From: Polymyxa betae A26-41
Taxonomy: Eukaryota > Protista > Endomyxa: Phytomyxea
Direction: 5' to 3'
Length of the DNA stretch: 64,000 nucleotides
NCBI GenBank assembly: GCA_003693705.1
Contig: RBZT01000563.1
Coordinates: 1-64,000 of the forward strand
In this document: in pieces, positions 25,739-41,301 of the stretch
How the letters are laid out: every line of letters begins with the position of its first letter
How positions within the stretch are numbered: the stretch's first letter is position 1
Program-made: the position numbers and the translations under genes
The notes under the pieces: generated by a model
What the model was told of the DNA's origin: nothing
The model's input: the letters and a program-made list of their open reading frames with translations, nothing else
Database searches by the model: none

Positions 25739-26329
25739 ACCAGCTAACGCATTTATTTCACAAATCTTGCAACCTTCTTTGGAAAATTCCAAACTTCTCT
25801 CAATGCCCGTCGGTCTTAAAATATGTTATACCAATTCAGTCGCCGCTGGAGAGTTCGGATAATCTGAGCTTTTACGAGCTTGACGATACAGATCAGCAAA
25901 TGGGAACGTCCGAGTGCTGATCGAATTTAATTATGTTTATTCAAGTTATATATAAAAACTCTACCATTAGTTAAGACGACGTAATGATGTTTAACCCTTG
26001 TGGTAGCCCTCCCGTTAAGCATCCAGCTGCGTTCAGCTGCTGAAAAGTCACCAAATGCAGCCAACATTGGACTTTGTACTAACTTGAGCCATTAAGCGCC
26101 TGCAAACCCTATCAAGTGTATGGTGAGAAAATTGTGGACCTCAGACTTGTAACATAAACGGAGCCGACATCATGGCCTCAATAATACGTGATAAATAGAA
26201 GTGTGCGCTGAATTAATTGCGCTGCCCCAGCGCATCCTCTGCCGGCCTGGACTCTTGTTGTCATAATCTTTCTTGGTTGGCTCGTTCCACCACCCAAGTC
26301 GTCATTGTTCCAAGACAACTGCAGAAACC

Positions 26330-30562
<4,233 letters not shown>

Positions 30563-30753
30563 AGAAATCATTGTAGAAACCGAATTTTATTGAATTGAAT
30601 CTGCCAATAAATGTCATTATGTCAATAGATTTCATATGCGATCAGTATATGTGGTATGTAGTATATTTCACCCAGTAGGAGAACCTAACAATGCCTCCCA
30701 AACGGGCCAACAAATAGTGCAATCCAATCAAAGATGATCTATAATATGTTTAA

Positions 30754-31134
30754 GAGCGCGTCTGGAGGCGACCATGTTTCAAAACTCCGTTGCGGCAAAA
30801 CGCCGTTTTCTCAAATAGTCGTAACGGCGTTTTGTTGAAACGGCGTTTTGATGGGCTTGGAACCTCCAGACACCCAAGACAAAACGCCGACTGCGCAGAA
30901 TCCTCAATCCTGTACGTCATGAAGGTGCGGCGACACGCAAAACGGTGTCAAAACGGAGGTCGGACCTCCTTTTTGAAAACGCCGTTTCACGGAGAGAAAA
31001 CTGCGTTTTCGGATGAGGTTCCGTTTTGCCTCCAGACAGTAGTTGCAACTCAGCTTCAAAACGGCGTTTTGCCCAAAACGGAGGTGAAACGGCGTTTTGC
31101 GCCACGGAACGGCGTTTTCAGCCTGCCTCCAGAC
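30754..31134. mobile_element. MITE-like / foldback non-coding element with inverted ends and many internal near-palindromes
   Basis: gtctggaggc (30760) and gcctccagac (31125) form an inverted pair. About ten aaaacg(g/c)cgtttt-type motifs inside. Left end preceded by TAA. Composition differs from the flanks. Confidence 0.55.
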
Positions 31135-31339
31135 AGTAATGATATTTGTTGCAATCCGAAGGTATATGCCAACGATCGCCCAATTACATTTAAAACGAGT
31201 CTTTACACGAGTTCTTATTACAAATCAGAAACGAAAGAACAGATAGAGATATCTGATACTTTTCAGTATCAAGATGCAATATCTGATTGTGGTTTAGGTT
31301 CTAAATGTCACTTGTTTGCTTTAGATACAGAATTTAAAT

Positions 31340-32720
31340 GCCACATGCATTTGTATTTGGTTATCAAGTCTCAATGAAGATTTCAATAAGTGGTTCGTCT
31401 CACATCCAACTGTTTTGTAATCAACAGCCGTATTATCTGCTGTCCAACCTTCAAGCATCAGGAATGCAATCCCTTAGCCTGAATTTACATTGAGTTAGAA
31501 ACAGACGTAACAACCGATTATGCCACTCGATATCTCTATAATTGTCAATTGGCTTAGTTGGATATCTCATATTCATTGAAATATTCAACAAGTGCATTTG
31601 GTGTAAGAAGAATGATGCTGGAGTAAGAAGAAAGAAAATATCAGGGCAAAAGGTGTCGTTTCATTCCCGACATCTGTTACAATGAGTTGCAGTGTCTTGA
31701 GGATGACTGATATCAAGTTGGTGGATATCGTTGGAATCTAATTGCAAGACAGGCCCGAGAGATGAGAGAGATCAGAATCGTGTCCCAAATACTGACCAGA
31801 AAGAACAGAGGCACTGATAAAGCCTATGGACATTATCGATATCGGCGATGATCATCATCATAAATAGGATCTTGTCATTTGTCGAGAAAATCGAAAAATT
31901 GCAGAATGGCAATTCTGGGTCAGAATCCTGTCGTACCACGGAGTCCGCGGTCAATGCGCTGAGCAAGGTTTTAGCTCTCTTGCAGGCAGCAAGCAGGCTC
32001 CATCCAGGTGACCTATTCATAAATGTAAATTTCTTCGTTTGAATTCCAGTGTGCTTCATAATCGAAGATAAGCCATAGTGATGAAACAAAACGGTAACGA
32101 ATTGTCTTCAGGTTCATCTTGTCAAGAGCTTTCCAATGTCAATTTTAACCATAGCGTACTGGCCCACTGGTTAAGCGTATCTTACCTGAAATCGTATTTT
32201 AACCACCACGATCTTCAGATGTCGACCTCTGCTACCGATATGTCTGGCTGCTGTCATAGCATTGATCCCCAACGATCCTGAGATCAGGAAATCTCTCAGT
32301 CAAATAACAATGACACAAGAACGTCTTTCATGTGCCAAATATCACTTACATATGCCACTTCTGCGCCTTAGCCTAATGGTGGCTTATTGTCTAAGCAAGA
32401 GCGAAGACAAATTTGGGGTTTTTTACTAGCAGAAAATGATGAAGGAAAGCTGATACGAGGCTCCTCCATGACTATCCAGCTTGATCAACAAATCCTTATA
32501 TATATTAACAGATAACAGGATATCAGTTGATAGAAACTCGCATAAGCAACTGATATCCTGAAGTTTCATGGCTGAAGAGGTTGCGAACTTGATCCTGTTC
32601 ACAGCTGATACCCACAAATGTGCGTATGCTAGATACTTTCTATAACTGTGGAACAAATGTACGAGAATCGTTTCCCAGTTCCTATCTGTTTCTCATATAT
32701 GAAAGAATGACATTAATCGA
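31340..32720 (-). CDS. Probable multi-exon hypothetical helical protein; boundaries approximate
   Basis: Successive minus-strand Leu-rich frames (32426-32656, 31772-32089) separated by intron-like GT-AG segments. No family recognised. Confidence 0.35.
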
Positions 32721-32976
32721 CGCAACAATGTTTTGGTGTCTTGTTTGAGAGCCCTACCTTAAGGTCTCGGCCATTTCACTCCCACTGTTTATAAATCCGT
32801 ACAGTATTCTTGAAGAAATATCCGAAATTACAGATTTAATGTGTCCGTTAAGAGGCCCCGGTATTTGATTTACGGATATTTCTACCAGTGTATTGTTGCG
32901 CTTGAAGAATAGTATTGCGATATCTGTTAAGACTCAATTTTTGATGAGAATTGAGATCTTTGTACAGTATTAGACA

Positions 32977-34026
32977 ATGTCAGAGATACGAAATAGGTTA
33001 CATGGACGTAATCATGCATCAGCATCATCTGATCAGCAGGAGTCTTCCCAGGAGCAGCAGCCAAGATCATCGCGTTCTAGTCCCAGATCTCGACATCATC
33101 ATCATGGTCACCAACCTTCTCATGATTCCTTCTCATCAGCTGTTCTGTCTGCATTATTCCTATGTTGTATTTCAGCATGTATTCTATATTATTACTTCTC
33201 AGATAGTCAGATGTCACAGACATTCTCATCACAAGATATTCCTCAAACTGATCCAATACATAAGAAGCTACAGATCCCATTTCAAACAGCATTTACTGGA
33301 GGGACTCTATCTGTTCAACTAGTAATAATATCTCATTATTTCATTGTATATCTGATTATTTCCTCCTAGGATGGTCTAGTACGTGTATGTTCATCATGTC
33401 AAGGTACAGGTGCAGCACCTGGTTCAATACATTTCTGTACATCGTGTCAAGGAACTGGTGAACGTATTACCAGAACACAGATATTTGCTGGTGGTCCATC
33501 AATTCATATACGTCAACAATGTTCTAGATGTCAAGGTACTGGTAAGATGATTACTAAACAATGTCCTAAATGTCATGGACATCGTACTACCATTACACAA
33601 CAATATGTTGATATACCAATACATGCTGGAGCAAGATCTGGCGATCTAATTCGTATATCTGGTCTTGGCAATCATATGCCTGATCATACAATTGGTGATC
33701 TAGTATTTATATTAGAGATCCCTAAGGAATCTGCTCCATTCAAGCTACAAGATAATGACGTCATCACAACCATATCTATCAGATTACGTGATGCCTTATT
33801 AGGGTTCCGAACATCAATTCAACATGTTAATGGTGATACAATCGTTGTAGATCGTTCAGGTCTTGTAACCAGTCCTGATACAACTCTAACATATAAAGGT
33901 CGCGGATGGCCTGAATCACGTGATGGACAACAATCTACTGGTGACCTACTCATACGATTTGATATTCAATATCCATCTGTACTTTCCAGTGATAATATTG
34001 ATTTATTAAAGAGATCTCTTCAATAA
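32977..34026 (+). CDS. DnaJ-type zinc finger plus C-terminal substrate-binding domains, N-terminal TM, no J domain; 2 exons
   Basis: CSSCQGTG, CTSCQGTG, CSRCQGTG and CPKCHGHR repeats; GDLVFIL, LRDALLGF, GRGWP..GDLLIRFDIQYP. No HPD motif. Confidence 0.85.
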
Positions 34027-34059
34027 GGCTAAACATTGCGCTTCTCCTATCATTAAGGA

Positions 34060-34476
34060 ATGGAACGAGGTGGTCGACGACCAGGCCCAGGACGTCGATC
34101 ACGTCCTGGGCCGTATCCACGTCATCGTTCTGGGCCGAATCGATGGCGTCGAGGTCCACCGCCGCCGCCGCCTGGTCCAGCTCGACCGCTCTATGATGAT
34201 TCGTTCGTGGAAGATCCCTGGCGGGATTTATTACCTCCCGATGCACCTCGGCCGTATATGCAATTTCGATCGGCTAATACGATCCATGTAATGATGAAAT
34301 ATGTTGATATTGAAGCCAATCTTGATATGATTTAGAATTTATCATCACACAGTTCGGACCCCATTATATCTGATATAAATCATCTCCATGACCATATTGA
34401 TCGCCCTGCACTAAATCTCCCACCTCCTATTAATCGTACTGCACAACAATCTCCAACAGATTCACAATTTAAATAA
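34060..34476 (+). CDS. Small Pro/Arg/Gly-rich protein with an MPLKIP/TTDN1-like motif
   Basis: Low-complexity RPGP repeats followed by YDDSFVEDPWRDL, which resembles the MPLKIP SMLEDPW motif. Confidence 0.5.
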
Positions 34477-34574
34477 ATACTAATGTAGATTATTACTGGT
34501 AATTATTATTTGCATTGGGACAATGATTTTGTATCACAGTTGATAGACAGCAAATCGGCGCAATGTAACTACGA

Positions 34575-36895
34575 TCAGCTCTCAACAATGATGGCTTCTG
34601 TATCATCTAATCCGATATCCGATATATCATCGATCGTGATAACAGCGTCGATATCGTCATCATTAATATAGGTAGGGACCTTGACATAATCGGTTGAAAC
34701 TGGTTCCGGATTACCTGGACTCTGCCTGTATGCTATCCTCAATATCTCATCGCGGATCTTATAGCGATGCGCATCAGCCACAGAACGATCGAACCATTCA
34801 GGTTCATGAGGTGAACATACATCAACCGGTGGTGATTTCATGAAATATTCGGCGAACAGCAACAAGTAGATACCGCAATCGTACGAGTTAGTCTGTTTCG
34901 GTACTTGAACATCAATGAGCTGGAAATCGGTCTCGATTTTGTACACGAATTCGGCCAGCCTCAACCTCTTATTAGGCTGTTTCAACGCTGCTGTTATATA
35001 CCTAACACAACATTAGAATTTTCAACCCGTCTGCACCGATTACGTCTCCAACTTTTTGATGATTTCGAAGGCCCGTCGTCCAGATCCACCCAGCGAGTCA
35101 TAATATAACATAACCGGCTGTCTTTGATCAGATTGCATAGTATTTGGATAGCATATAACTGCTAATGTCCAATGAAGAGATTCACAGATGGGAATCAGCC
35201 AGAAATCCTTCTGAAAAAGATCCAACTTATCAGTCCATCGTTTCACACTATCATACGACATATTTGATGTCACAAATCGCTTATAGAAGAATGAACTGAA
35301 CACATGATAATCGATCTTAGGCATCAAATCATGCAGACGAAGATGTGCCAATTTGAAATCGATGACGGTATCATTGAGAAATTCGTGTGGATCGAGCGAT
35401 TCCAGATCACCATTCGTAATTGTTACACAATCGCGTTGACGTTCTGGATATTTACAGACGACCTGTTTAGATGCCTTCTTTCTATTGATCCTCGATTCCA
35501 TATCCAATCTTGATGTCCGACATGGATATTGATCAATCAGGCCTTGACCAATAATATCCAAATGATCTGATGGACAAACAACCTCCTCAAATGCCGGCAA
35601 CTCCCAGGCCGTATTTTCCAGAGCCTGCCGCTGCGTACTGGCCCCGAAGAACATGGTAATCCAGACAGGTTCTGTTAGTCGATCTCGATATTTGTATGGT
35701 TTAGCCCATAATCCCCATTGATGATGTTCATGTACAAGAACAGATAAGAATGTGCATCCACCACCTAATCTTAGATACAGCTTTGTACTAACAATATCTG
35801 CAACTGGGATTCTCTCAATCAGATATGGGGTCAACTATATCAAACAGTTTAATAGTCGTGCTGGACCCGATCACAGACATACTGGACCTCGATAGTGAAA
35901 TTCTTCCGATTTGTATCACTTGTTAGATCTAGACGTAGACGTGATGGTCCATGACAAACAAGACGACATTTTCCAAGCCATATTTGTCCAATAGCAATAT
36001 CAGTAGAGAGACCATCCCATACAACAGCGATCTCTCTCTCTTCTATTTCATCTTCATCATCATCACTAAGTTCAACTGGATTCTCAACTGTAGATCCAGG
36101 ACGATGTCTAATAGTTGCTGGAGACGATTTCGGACGATCGCTGCTTCGCGACGTCGTTAGAGAGATGGTTCGGCGCTCAGTCACGATCGATTTCGGGAAT
36201 GATTCGGGGCCATCTGAGTTGGATTTCGTGATAATACGGGAAGGGGTCGGTGTTGTTGATTTCAATGCATAACGGTTATTTTGAGTCCATAATCGTTTAG
36301 ATGATGTCCCTGATATTGATTGTAATGCAGATGGAGCTGTCTTGTTCAGATCCAACTTTCTCTCACGACAATGTTGATGTCCAGAGACCTTGGCAGTTTT
36401 ATTCGGTGTGAATATCTCCTGCTTCCGCATTCGCTGTGTTTGTAATTGTTGTGCAATTTTAGATTTAGGCTTATAATGATCAACACCACATAGATCATGA
36501 TATTCAGCAGCAACATCGTTATTGAATCTAACAGAGCCAAATTCTTGTTTATCTTTGGCATGTGTGTTCATATTAAATGGTGCTACATGTATACCAACAG
36601 ATGATTTCTTTGGGATCGTTCTTTGATTAAATTGTACCTGTCCGATCGATGCACTCTTATATAACGGGCGGAAGTTATTATTATCCTGTCGAGTTTTATC
36701 CCTCGAGAGCATTGCTGGAAGTTCATGATCGTTGCTCCGAGATCGTTTACGCTGCTGTGTGATGATGGGCGGAAAACGAATTGACGGTGCCGATGGATTG
36801 GCCTGTAACGACGAAGTGGAAGTATTGAAGAGGATATCTTCAACCTCGATATGCGGTTGTGGTTGTTCAAATGGATCTTGTAATGATAGAGTCAT
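34575..36895 (-). CDS. Ulp2/SENP6-7-type SUMO protease (peptidase C48), 3 exons
   Basis: FLNDTVIDF, HVFSSFFYK, IPICESLHWTLAVI, YYDSLGG, VPKQTNSYDCGIYLL. Long disordered N-terminus. Confidence 0.9.
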
Positions 36896-36999
36896 TGCAT
36901 AGAGATGTAATGATGTAATCTAATAGCCATGATCATCTATAATAATGATGATGGTGGGTACAGAAACAAAGGGAGGAGGCCCCGCGCATCAACCTATCA

Positions 37000-38161
37000 C
37001 ATGATATATCGATATAGATGCAGGGGTGTCGGGGTCGCCCCATTATCATCCATCAAGACACACATGATGTTCTATTCTCTCTATAATCATAAATCTATGA
37101 TAAATATCTTAACTGTGTCTCAGTTAGATGACTTTTTACTGAGACGAGAGAAAGGACGACCTGGGCGCCATCGGAGAGCATCAGGTTTTCCATCATCAAA
37201 TTCGATAGGAAAGAAGCCTCATCTTGGGCTGTAATTCCAGCATGCCACAATGCATTGTTTTGAATCTTGAAGATCAATGGGATGAGGTAGCTGCTGCTGT
37301 CCGAATCGCGCCAGCAGCGAATGTACGACAGGCTCTGGTAAAAAATATCTTTAAATCTGCATTTCCGCGGGCAACAACGAAACCCATCGTCGTGGTTCGG
37401 ATCTAATCCAAGCCGGAGTCGCCATGCATGCTGTCGGTGCTGAAAGCAGTCTTTGTTTACATATTGAATGATGATATGAATGAGGGTTTATGATATGGTT
37501 GATATGAACCAGGTCTATAAAGTGGCAACCCAGCCATGACCCCATAAGCCCCATTTCTTATTTAAATGGGAGATCGTCTGCCCTCCCATAACTCCATTAT
37601 CACTACTATAGAGGAAGATCCTCTCTCTCATATCATATCTTAACTCATATTTGTATCCTCATTATGAATATTATAATCTCGTGATAAAACACCAAGATCA
37701 AGTACATCATCAATATCGAATGTTGAACTATATTGATGCCAATCAATAGCCTTCTGTATATGACCTTCAGGTTTTGTATGATATCCATGTATAGGTATCT
37801 GTAATCCAGGTCCAGGTCTTAAATCCAGCATCTCTTGTATTGGCACCAATCCAACTGCTTTCTCCATTAATCGTCTATGTATGAATGCTCGAAACTCATT
37901 AACAACAATATCTGCATATTTGATATCATTTCCATTATTAACATCATCTTGTAAATCAGTATGATACATGATATTATCATCTCTATGATATTCATCAGCA
38001 CTCAACTGCCCTTCTCCCACCTCATCCAAATCATCCTCGTCATACTGGACCTCCGATTCAGGTTCCTCCTGCCTCAGATTCAATCCAGGTATGGTGAGTG
38101 TTATTGCAGCATGTGTCTCGTGCACATCTTTACGACCAGACCAGGACCAGCTGCTACCCAT
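37000..38161 (-). CDS. Hypothetical protein, probably multi-exon; 3' end approximate
   Basis: 173-aa ORF starting MGSSWS with an acidic tract. A further open minus frame (DPNHDDGFRCCPRKC...LSLVSVK) lies at ~37130-37403. Confidence 0.4.
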
Positions 38162-38196
38162 TCTAGCTGGGTACAGATCAGCGATCTCTCAGCCAC

Positions 38197-38871
38197 ATGC
38201 CCCGCATGCAGCCGGCGGCCTGTACGACCTGGACGGAGATGGTGTCTGTTCTAACGGAGCGTGACGTGGTCCATCTTCAGGATCTGGTTGGTATCGATCT
38301 GTTGGATTCATTGGAAACTGTACAGCGTGAGCTATCAGCTTTAACATCAATCTTATCTGATGCCAAATCCACCTCTTCCATCCGACAATCTTCAGAGCTC
38401 GATCTTGTCCTACGTCAGATCGGTATTGTCATGGAGCAGGGCGGAGGTATCATTGATGATCATGATCCCGTTATTAAACACATCCAAAGACGAATGCAAA
38501 CAAAACCGGAACCGAGACGGCGTCGGTCGCCAAAGCTTTCTGCGACGGCGGCTCTGGAAGGCGATCTGCAAGCTCTGATCGATATTCGACGAGCTCTGGT
38601 CGCTGATGAAGCACAATTACGGATGCAGATCGACCGTATTAATGGGGAGATCGAGGAATGTATCAGTTGTATGGGTGCCTCTCCACCCTTTACATTATCA
38701 GATGCAAAACAGACTCTGGAGCGAATTCGTCATCTATCAGCACAGCTGGAACGATTGTCACCAGTTGCAGCTAAAGTTGGTCGTTCGGTCGTTAAACTAC
38801 CTGAAATGATGAGACGACCTCCTGGGATACCGAGACCATCTGGTCGAAGACGTGCATCGGATATGGCGTGA
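38197..38871 (+). CDS. Coiled-coil protein, CCDC24-like
   Basis: WTEMVSVLTERDVVHLQDLVGIDLLD...RELSAL and IDIRRALVADEAQLRMQI resemble the two conserved CCDC24 blocks as I recall them. Confidence 0.55.
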   Translation: MPRMQPAACTTWTEMVSVLTERDVVHLQDLVGIDLLDSLETVQRELSALTSILSDAKSTSSIRQSSELDLVLRQIGIVMEQGGGIIDDHDPVIKHIQRRMQTKPEPRRRRSPKLSATAALEGDLQALIDIRRALVADEAQLRMQIDRINGEIEECISCMGASPPFTLSDAKQTLERIRHLSAQLERLSPVAAKVGRSVVKLPEMMRRPPGIPRPSGRRRASDMA

Positions 38872-38961
38872 CTCCCTCAACCCTATCAGAACATCCGGGT
38901 CAAGTTCCGATCTAGATATCAATAGTTCTAAACAGAGCATCATTCAAACCATCGCTGCAGC

Positions 38962-39589
38962 ATGCAGCAGCACGAATCGCCAATCTGGACCGACCGTGAC
39001 GACACCCCTCGGCCCGGCATTGAATCCGAACGGTACGTCCTGGATATCTTTCATTTATTGATAATGTTCATGAATGTTCAGATCTCAATGGCATCGATAT
39101 CTGATTTGGACAACGTTCGTGGAATGTTTCTGTGATGTTTGTTTAATGGCGTCCTGGATCCATTTAGTATCATATTCACATTCCGGTCATCCTCGTTTAT
39201 TCGGTGCCGATGCCTGGATTATCATTCCATTGATCTCCATTGTCACCGCTTTACTCGTCAATATATCTTCTTCACGTTCAGAGAGACCGGCCACGCTATT
39301 CGTTGCGATTCGTGTGCTGCTCTGGATCGGATTAACGCTGGTACTGATCTTGACATTCTGTCGTGTTATGGAACTTCACAAAGGCAATATTTGGAAGCAA
39401 GGCAATATAGCTGCTCAATGGATTATCATCATATCAACATGTTCGTTCTGGTTCGTTATGATTTGCAATCTAGTGTCGCTCTATTTCCGAGTTGGTGAAT
39501 TGAAAGAACTGGAACGAGGCGGACGTTCAGATGGCGGAGGCGGTCCTCGGAACCGTGTCATCAGTATCTCTATCGATTCGATACGTTAG
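38962..39589 (+). CDS. Four-TM membrane protein, 2 exons
   Basis: Exon MQQHESPIW...ESER splices (gtacgt...ttcag) into a frame with four hydrophobic segments. Confidence 0.65.
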
Positions 39590-40001
39590 TAAACCCTGAA
39601 TACACAAGACGATTGTCATGCACTTGTTGCTGTTAGGAACCTCTACCTATTATTTAATAGTGATTTATTGCTCATATTCTGTAGAGTGGTATAATCACCA
39701 TATCCCTTCCTACCTAATCATTAGAGGATGTACCTTACATGATCATTGGTATTATATTGTGTGTACATCCCGGGACCCTTAAGTACCATATTTCTATGAT
39801 CGATGCTTTCCCTGAACTCATCTGCATGCCCCTCAGATATATTATATTAGTTCGGAGATCGATCGAATGGGATTGTTTGTCAAGTTAATCGGTCCATGTT
39901 GACTGCTAATATGCTGTAGATCTTACAGATATCAAGGTACCAGTGTGTGTCATTGTTAAAGGGCACAAGCCCACCACGACATCATTCCACCAGGTCAATT
40001 C

Positions 40002-40997
40002 ATGCAGGACGCCAACGCATCCGATACCGTTAATCATCGTGCGGCTCACACCGATATGAAACTGCCTCCGTTAGCATCGCCATTCGTGCCGGTTCAGGCG
40101 GCAGTTGCGAGTGCCCCGGTGAAGGAGCATTGGGTCGAAGCACTGCCACGACGTAGTTCGTTGAACTTACAGCAGATATCAGGATATCATCCATTAATGT
40201 CATCATCATCAACATCATCAAATGGCAATTCATCATATCCAACATCACGAATAATATCTAGACCAATCATATATCAAAATACGATGCCATCACCATCGCT
40301 CTCAATAAGATCATTAGAATCACCTCAGGGCCGTGATCGATCGGTGAGAACGCCTCCCAGAGCCATGTCTATATCTCCGTTGCAGATGCAGCATGATTTC
40401 TATGGAAAGTTGACAGATGCCATGTCGCCATCGGCTAAGGCACGACGTCTTGTGACAGCTCCATTCATTCCACAGCCGTTTCAAGTTGCTCAATCATCAG
40501 TACCATTACGTCGAGTGACATTAACCCAATCTGATCTGCCATCATATCGCAAGATACAACCAGAACGAAGTAATCCTCGTGCAAGGAAGCGTTCGGCCAA
40601 CATCTCCGAACTGCAATTCTCCCACTTCTACCATCCCACAGAGAAACCATTCAACAAAATTCGTGTCTGGAAGAACGACAGGAATCTGCTGTTCTACGAT
40701 TGCGATTGCGGACGACGAAAAGCAGTGCAAGATCTGAAGAAGATCCTGAACCATGTCAGTAAGAATTGCCGACTATGTGAGAACGGCGAGAAGAGCGGTA
40801 GCGGCAATGATAGTCCATTTGAAAGTCCATTTGATCCGAAAGAAGAGGTCGGGATGAAACCGTCTGCTGCTGATATCGCTGCTGCTGCTGCAATCTTGAC
40901 CATGTCCAATGCTAAGAATGAATTACAATCTACTCTGTCTAGAGATGTAGATAGGCAGGTGGTCAAGTCTCGTAATAATCATGATATAGATCCATAA
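40002..40997 (+). CDS. Intronless Ser/Pro-rich protein with a basic, Cys/His-containing C-terminal module
   Basis: 331-aa ORF containing RARKRS and YDCDCGRRK...ILNHVSKNCRLC. Confidence 0.7.
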   Translation: MQDANASDTVNHRAAHTDMKLPPLASPFVPVQAAVASAPVKEHWVEALPRRSSLNLQQISGYHPLMSSSSTSSNGNSSYPTSRIISRPIIYQNTMPSPSLSIRSLESPQGRDRSVRTPPRAMSISPLQMQHDFYGKLTDAMSPSAKARRLVTAPFIPQPFQVAQSSVPLRRVTLTQSDLPSYRKIQPERSNPRARKRSANISELQFSHFYHPTEKPFNKIRVWKNDRNLLFYDCDCGRRKAVQDLKKILNHVSKNCRLCENGEKSGSGNDSPFESPFDPKEEVGMKPSAADIAAAAAILTMSNAKNELQSTLSRDVDRQVVKSRNNHDIDP

Positions 40998-41301
40998 CAC
41001 CTTCACATCTCTCTTTGTGTCCCTCTCTGTCTCATCCATCATCCTGCTAGACCTATTGCTACCATCAAACATCTTTATCAGATCACAAATCAAGGTTTCA
41101 CCCAGCTAGACACGCTGAACACATCCAGCCGTATTCATACTGAATTGGAGATGTGACAATGCCTAGTGTTGCTCAGCTACAACATTCTTCCTTGGTAAAG
41201 TAATCTACATCATAGGCGAGCGTTAAGGAAAAACTTCAATTAATATTTAGTTAGATTATGTGTTTGTAAAAGAAGCAATTTAGCGAAAACGCGAATTGAC
41301 T

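Noticed and set aside
30790-31377. 195-aa ORF, or a CRISPR-like reading of the repeated aaaacggcgtttt motif
   Set aside because: The ORF starts at TTG and simply translates the repeats (NGV/KRRF). The motifs are 12-13 bp, irregularly spaced and in both orientations, with no cas genes, in a eukaryotic context.
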